Positions 63,346 to 64,000 of a stretch of 64,000 nucleotides of DNA are shown here, piece by piece. Below the pieces are notes generated by a model. That model was given only the letters and a program-made list of their open reading frames with translations, was not told the origin of the DNA and ran no database searches. Positions within the stretch are counted from its first letter, which is position 1; each line of letters starts with the position of its first letter. The stretch lies in the NCBI GenBank assembly GCA_964188305.1, contig OZ076885.1; one strand, 5' to 3'. Source of the stretch: Podarcis bocagei. Lineage: Eukaryota. The translations under genes and the position numbers were made by a program.

Positions 63346-64000
63346 GTATGGACTTTTATCTGCTTTCTTTTCTCTTTTGTATTGTTTTTATTGAATGATT
63401 ATAATGTGTTCATGTTGTGAGCTGGCTTGGGTGTTTGCATATTAACAGAAAGTCAAGATACCAAAAAAGTATATAAGAGTGATTTTCATATGGTGAAACC
63501 AGTAAGAAAAAGAAAAATGATTTTTTTATTGTTTACTCCCCACCCTACCCCCACTGCCTTTAAATACTTGCTTTTATGCTGTATTCATTTTCAGTAATGT
63601 TTGATGTAAAATGTCAACTCGAGCTAAAATTAGCCTTATGAGCAGCAAATTGAATATCCTTACTTTAGACCTTCCTTGCCCTCTTCCTTTGGTCATCAAG
63701 GATAGTTGCAATTGACACAAGGTGACATTTGATATGATGCATTAATTGAAAACACAAAGTTACAAATACGGAAGACACAAGTTCAGATACCAGCCTAGAA
63801 CTTGCAAAGGCTCTTTCAGTACACCAAGATGTTGCTTGATCTCACTTCCTTTGTCCCAGGCAGCATCACCCCCTCCAGCAGTTGTGATCCAACAGCTGGA
63901 GGGGACCGTGTTGGCTACCAAACAGTATTTGTTCAGATAATTTTATTGAAGTCCCTTTCAAGCATTCTCCACATGCTCACCTTTGTGTTGAATGGAGCTT

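Noticed and set aside
1-64000. Most ORFs in the six-frame track, e.g. 43180-43683 (167 aa), 21856-22395 (179 aa), 27334-27780, 36330-37191
   Set aside because: They are intronic, lack recognisable domains, and many start at non-ATG codons or run through microsatellites and GC-rich repeats. This is expected by chance in 64 kb.

Overview
Vertebrate genomic DNA, very likely from a lacertid lizard: three tRNA-headed Sauria SINEs closely resemble the Podarcis-type consensus as I recall it. The whole window lies inside the kalirin gene (KALRN) on the + strand. I can reconstruct 11 internal coding exons with canonical AG/GT ends and consistent phases. They encode the first SH3 domain (12072-12318), the Ser/Pro-rich linker and most of the second (RhoA-type) DH domain (48256-63345). 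Inside the ~36 kb intron is a CpG-rich internal promoter with the alternative first coding exon of the Duet/TRAD isoform (22222-22309, MKGG...AKCCCCFPACR). Introns are filled with squamate repeats: Sauria SINEs, tRNA-Lys/CR1 chimeric SINEs, CR1/L2/L1 relics, Tc1/pogo-, hAT- and Harbinger-type MITEs and an LTR-like element, several of them nested. There are no prokaryotic features, and almost all ORFs in the supplied track are spurious. I found no evidence of a wholly new biological system. The best leads are a uORF whose stop overlaps the Duet start codon (AUGA), a candidate second internal promoter before the GEF2 exons, a hairpin that appears to be formed by tail-to-tail retroposon ends, an orphan CpG-rich L1-like 5' end, and candidate alternative exons.
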